DNA of 63,949 nt, counting the filler, from an uncultured Methanosarcinales archaeon (lineage in GTDB: Archaea > Nanobdellota > Nanobdellia > Woesearchaeales > CAZKBD01), in the NCBI GenBank assembly GCA_964550945.1. It is 4 parts of 4 records of this genome, joined end to end, with 100 filler letters (N's around TTAATTAATTAA, not from the genome) between each part and the next. Parts side by side here need not be neighbours in the genome. Positions count along the whole stretch, not along the records: positions 57,294 to 63,949 come from CAZKBD010000094.1; 3 more parts are not named here. The stretch is one strand, 5' to 3'. A model generated the notes under the pieces. It saw only the letters and a list, made by a program, of their open reading frames with translations. It searched no databases and was not told the origin of the DNA. A program made the position numbers and the translations under genes. This document shows, one piece after another, positions 60,501-63,949 of the stretch; the stretch's first letter is position 1; each line of letters opens with the position of its first letter.

Positions 60501-63500
60501 TTTTTTAATGTATTTGTTGATTGGTGGGTCCCATCTGGGGCCCCATACTTGAATGATGTAAGGTTGTTTTTATATGATCCAAATGGAAAGTTGCACGATT
60601 CTAGAGATTATGAAGGTACATTTGAATCTGCCTTTGTCTATCAGCCTATGAGTGGGGATTGGACAGTAGTTGTGGAGTCAGAATACGTTTCAGAAGATGG
60701 AATACTTTTTTCAGGTGATGTTGAAATTCCAAGTATAATATTTGACCCTGATTATGTATGGTTGACTTTGAAACGAGGAGAGCAAACCAACCAAACAATA
60801 AATGTTACCAACACACTGAATTATGATTTAGATCTCTCAGTTGAAAAAACTATTTGGAGAGAAAGCCCCCTAAGCGTTGCTCCAAACTCGGATATAGATG
60901 ACAATAATCTTGGACCATTTATCTATTCTTACAGATACTACAACTTCTATGTGCCTCCAGAATACATAAATGGAGGTAATTATATAAAAAGTCAGATATC
61001 ATTAAAAGATGATTCTTTTGTTTATAGAATTGGAGCCTATTTATTTGATGCTGATGGGGTTTTTGTTGATTACGTTTATAATGAGTTTAGCAAAAGTTTA
61101 TTGGCGTATCATTATATTCCAACATCGGCAACTTCTGGCAATTGGACCATAGTTGTTTTTGCCGATGGTTTCTATTATGATGAGTATCCATTTAATATTA
61201 GTTTATTTCTATTGGATAATATAGGTTGGGATTGGGCTGAAGTTGAAGAGCCACCGAATTTTTTTAGGGGAACGGAAAAAATGGTCTTGGATATAAATGT
61301 CCCAAAAGATTTACCTTTAGGTGATAAATGGGCTACCTTGTATTTAACTGGTGGGTGGTGGATAGGGAAACCAGGTGATAGAACCCTGTACAGAACTTTA
61401 TCAATAATGTACCCAGTTTCAATGACCATCATTGAGGGGTGTATTCCTTATCCTGAATTATGCGACGGGGTTGATAATGATTGTGACGGATTAACTGATG
61501 AAACTGGAAATGCCCTTTGTAATGATGGAGCATTCTGTAATGGACAAGAGACTTGTAATGGTGTATTAGGCTGCCAAGCAGGAACACCAATCAATTGTGC
61601 TGATAACATTAGCTGTACTCAAGATTCCTGTAATGAATCAACTGACATCTGCAGCCATATAACAAACAATACGGTCTGCAATAATGACCTATATTGCGAT
61701 GGCCAAGAAACATGCAATGCTTTGCTAGGCTGCCAAACTAGCACACCGATAAACTGCTCTGCTAATCACCTAGTAGGAATTTCAACTTGCAATAATAATC
61801 CAGACAACAATCCATTTACCTTTGATTATTTTGTTGGTTTCATCTCTAGTTGTAATGAATCAACTGACTCATGCGCAACTGGAACAAGAAATTTAACTCA
61901 CACATGCAATATATCTTGCGGAGCTCAATGCGTAACTAATGGAAATTGTGCAAACAAATGTATAGGTCAAATCTATTATCATAGTGGAAACTGTAACTCG
62001 ACATGCGGATGCAATTATTTAACCCAGAATTGTAATACTCAGGATAGATGGTATAATACCACAAATGTAACATGGGTTGTAACTGGAGAATGCACAGAGA
62101 AAGAACAGTTAAAACAAGAATATAGGGATTATGGCTGTGGGCAAAGCGGATGTAATTATACTCTTAATCAGACAAAATGGACAGATACAGGAAGGACGAG
62201 AAACAAGACAAATGGAACTCCATGTAACAATAGTTTTAATCTAACAATCTTATCTCCAAAGCCATTTAATTATTCTACAAGAAACATACCTTTAACTGTT
62301 AAGGCTTCAGATTTAATGAAGCAGATTAATTATTCCTTGAATAACAAAGGTTACAAACTCTGCAGCAACTGTTCTTTTTACAATAAATCTCTGAATCTTA
62401 ATGATGGAAAATACAATCTAACTGTTACAGCTATTAACAAAGATAAAATGTATAATGCTTCAGTTAACTTCCTTGTGGATTCAACTTTTCCAAAAATAAC
62501 AAGCACGAGCCCCACAATGGGCTATGCAAATGGCACTTTCTCTGTACGATATGATGAAAACAATATGGCTCTCGCAAGAATTTACTACAAAGAAAAAGGA
62601 GCAGCAATTAATTTTACAAAGAACAATACTAATTGCCCTAGCGGAAAAAGAAAAACATGCATAATTGAGCTTAACTTATCCGAATTTGACGGAAAAAAGA
62701 TTGAATACTTCTTTGAAATACAAGACAGCTCTGGCAATAAGGCTAAGTCAGGAAAATACTCTCTTGATGTTGACCTTACAAGGCCAGTATTAACCATTAA
62801 CACCCCCTTTAAAGATATATATGATTCAAAAAAGGTTTTATTTGATTTAAGCGTGACAGAAAATGCAGAAATAAACTATGTAAATAATAGCCAAAAGAAA
62901 CCCGAAACCAAAGATATATGTTCCTATTGCAGTTTATACAAAAAAAATATAACTTTTTCTAAAGACGGATTTTATAATCTAACAATCAGCGCAATTGACA
63001 AGGCAGGCAACTTAGATACCAAGAATGTGACTTTCTTTATAGATTCAATATATCCAAGAATAATAAGAAGAGAGCCTACATCAGGCTACGCAACTGGTAA
63101 CTTCTCAGTTTATTATACGGAAGCTAATTTGGAACAGATAAATCTTTATTATGGAGATAATGTGATTGGAACAACTAATTGTCCATCAGGCACAAATAAA
63201 CAATGCACTTTGACAGTTAATTTAAACAATTATGATGGCAAAAAGATTAACTATACTTTTGAGTTAATTGATCCTGTGCGCAGCATAATGTCCAAACCAA
63301 TAACCCTATTAGTTGATACAACCCCTAGCTACATAACAATAAACCAGCCTAAAAATGGCTCAACATATCCAAGAAATGTTCCATTAAATTTAACTTTAAC
63401 AGACAAAGCAAACCTAAAGTACATTGACAATGCAGTAAAATATCCGTATTCTAAAACTCTTTGTTCGGGTTGTGACGGGTATGGCTATAATAGCAAAAAA

Positions 63501-63599
63501 ACACAATATTTCGGAATAGGATTCCACAATCTAACCCTCACCAGCCAAGATGCTGCTGGAAATATTGATAGAAAAGATATTCATTTTAATGTGATATAG
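57594..63599 (+). CDS. Giant secreted S8 subtilase with I9-like propeptide, PPC-like domains, Cys-rich repeats and Ig-like tail
   Basis: ILDTGID, HGTHVAG, AAGNSG, GTSMATPHVAG; ELCDGVDNDCDG; C-terminal Ig repeats. Confidence 0.93.
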   Translation: MEIKKSKCARYISVHLLVVGLLIFIMSFSVFADNSLTNKESKNKFDYSLVSYLQNESQKRSHTSGVKATSVQTLSQDKIPVIITLYRREDMFKLSSYLNRNGANIKFSFELIDAIAVDISSNFFESLASNEYVKQIYLDRKIQLPQPDINFEKKIYNLYRKPNMQNIEGNSELKPQLYESTKFISAPFMWDLGIDGSGVKIAILDTGIDDTHPDLKGKVISKRDFTLFDGELKTKDGNGHGTHVAGIATGTGAGSVKHIDTSSTYTSGLSNLPFSPNNYHVGKESFRFLWDDQSNKYNILILDSPPSEGNVSLNSSYPDNYFDFETLSVSDKGYYRDLGFYNHSMIMYARIIDMGENSIDTVTCSESPESYGYYGYIYQYHTYCILTDKDNYVKIYITDKQSDNLDFSYQFQSIPEPIIFLDMDGNFNTKSDQLVASNNTHFGKTEKTCYSYSWGDYCYYDYSYDLLFDIPSNLKSVKVGYDLDWDNQQDTFKGVAPGAKLLNGKVLSDYGNGYDSGIIAGIEWAVLSDVDIISMSLGGGENICDGNDPLSEAVEKASDMGVTVVVAAGNSGYWGRETLGSPGCADKIITVGASSKYAYDPYIADFSSQGPTADGRIKPEVLAPGKDIIAPQAVDTELGYSPINGYVSLSGTSMATPHVAGVAALLKQMDSSLTPKEIKEILMNTASNLAGESVFRQGAGIINMVKAYDEVSNSKLLASPSMFSLILKDNEIKKIGLDTSIRNPKLLAFKDELNSTMAEEFSGEVNEKRGFWYNFTIPADTIRYVVQINWSDSAHDVDMHLYGPSGDYYGGSYGVSDHESILVNNPSEGTWRLYVYLCCGLSGTANVDGQLDLSSLIKWDWFNYDGTTERLIIDSGGAESGFYSGKIRLSSQDDNDSTTIPTSIIVSKSINFSGFMSHSSISNPCSGGSSGGGWSSPGSSTKSYASFDGFFCKDLDRKAYSFTIPDNIPFFNVFVDWWVPSGAPYLNDVRLFLYDPNGKLHDSRDYEGTFESAFVYQPMSGDWTVVVESEYVSEDGILFSGDVEIPSIIFDPDYVWLTLKRGEQTNQTINVTNTLNYDLDLSVEKTIWRESPLSVAPNSDIDDNNLGPFIYSYRYYNFYVPPEYINGGNYIKSQISLKDDSFVYRIGAYLFDADGVFVDYVYNEFSKSLLAYHYIPTSATSGNWTIVVFADGFYYDEYPFNISLFLLDNIGWDWAEVEEPPNFFRGTEKMVLDINVPKDLPLGDKWATLYLTGGWWIGKPGDRTLYRTLSIMYPVSMTIIEGCIPYPELCDGVDNDCDGLTDETGNALCNDGAFCNGQETCNGVLGCQAGTPINCADNISCTQDSCNESTDICSHITNNTVCNNDLYCDGQETCNALLGCQTSTPINCSANHLVGISTCNNNPDNNPFTFDYFVGFISSCNESTDSCATGTRNLTHTCNISCGAQCVTNGNCANKCIGQIYYHSGNCNSTCGCNYLTQNCNTQDRWYNTTNVTWVVTGECTEKEQLKQEYRDYGCGQSGCNYTLNQTKWTDTGRTRNKTNGTPCNNSFNLTILSPKPFNYSTRNIPLTVKASDLMKQINYSLNNKGYKLCSNCSFYNKSLNLNDGKYNLTVTAINKDKMYNASVNFLVDSTFPKITSTSPTMGYANGTFSVRYDENNMALARIYYKEKGAAINFTKNNTNCPSGKRKTCIIELNLSEFDGKKIEYFFEIQDSSGNKAKSGKYSLDVDLTRPVLTINTPFKDIYDSKKVLFDLSVTENAEINYVNNSQKKPETKDICSYCSLYKKNITFSKDGFYNLTISAIDKAGNLDTKNVTFFIDSIYPRIIRREPTSGYATGNFSVYYTEANLEQINLYYGDNVIGTTNCPSGTNKQCTLTVNLNNYDGKKINYTFELIDPVRSIMSKPITLLVDTTPSYITINQPKNGSTYPRNVPLNLTLTDKANLKYIDNAVKYPYSKTLCSGCDGYGYNSKKTQYFGIGFHNLTLTSQDAAGNIDRKDIHFNVI

Positions 63600-63651
63600 T
63601 TAGGGAATATTGCGCTAAACTTCGCACATACAATTCAACAGAAATAGCTAT

Positions 63652-63891
63652 TTACTCTTCAACAATTCTAGAAATCTCATCAATTTTTTCTGGATTTAAG
63701 CTAACCTGCAATCCATAGGAAGTTGGCTTTGACAAAACTAATCCCTCTTTTATTAGCTCATTGACTGCATTTTTTGCCTCTCCAATCACATGTTTAGGCA
63801 GGCCTTTTGTTAAATGTTCTATTGCCGTGTGTTTTCCCCCTATAACCCTTCTTCTAAAGAGCTTTCTTAAAATGATCTTCTTAAAGTCCAT
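63652..63891 (-). CDS. Small wHTH-like hypothetical protein
   Basis: 79 aa; ILRKL..IGGKHT..LTKGLP..ELIKEGLV. Confidence 0.65.
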   Translation of the reverse strand: MDFKKIILRKLFRRRVIGGKHTAIEHLTKGLPKHVIGEAKNAVNELIKEGLVLSKPTSYGLQVSLNPEKIDEISRIVEE

Positions 63892-63949
63892 GATTGGAAC
63901 AAAGAATAAAGCAGATATTTATACTTTTGTTCATTACAGTGAACGTTTA

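Overview
AT-rich archaeal sequence, most consistent with a DPANN (Woesearchaeota-like) metagenome-assembled genome. That assignment is an inference from TTTAAATA TATA boxes, GAGGTG Shine-Dalgarno sites, class III pilin signal peptides and many MNT/HEPN and RHH genes. The window is an artificial concatenation of four contigs (1-19924, 20025-38766, 38867-57193, 57294-63949) joined by N-padded TTAATTAATTAA linkers, so adjacency across those joins means nothing. Contig 1 holds a defence/toxin-antitoxin patch (broken DpnI-like gene, beta-class DNA MTase, two frameshifted toxin-like genes, MNT-HEPN) and an archaeal type IV pilus locus with a KaiC-like ATPase. Contig 2 holds giant Ig-repeat surface glycoproteins and a glycogen/alpha-glucan cluster. 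Contig 3 holds Cys-rich surface proteins, HEPN-MNT and a surface-glycan cluster with two GT9 enzymes. Contig 4 holds a roughly 2000-aa subtilase. Main observations: (1) three otherwise unrelated surface proteins share a conserved N-terminal export module, and in two of them it precedes an internal class III prepilin signal; (2) an exact 601-bp direct repeat gives two tandem minor pilins identical C-terminal domains; (3) twin-hairpin palindromic elements occur, and one may interrupt the DpnI-like gene; (4) tiny RHH-type genes missed by the ORF track head three surface-protein operons.
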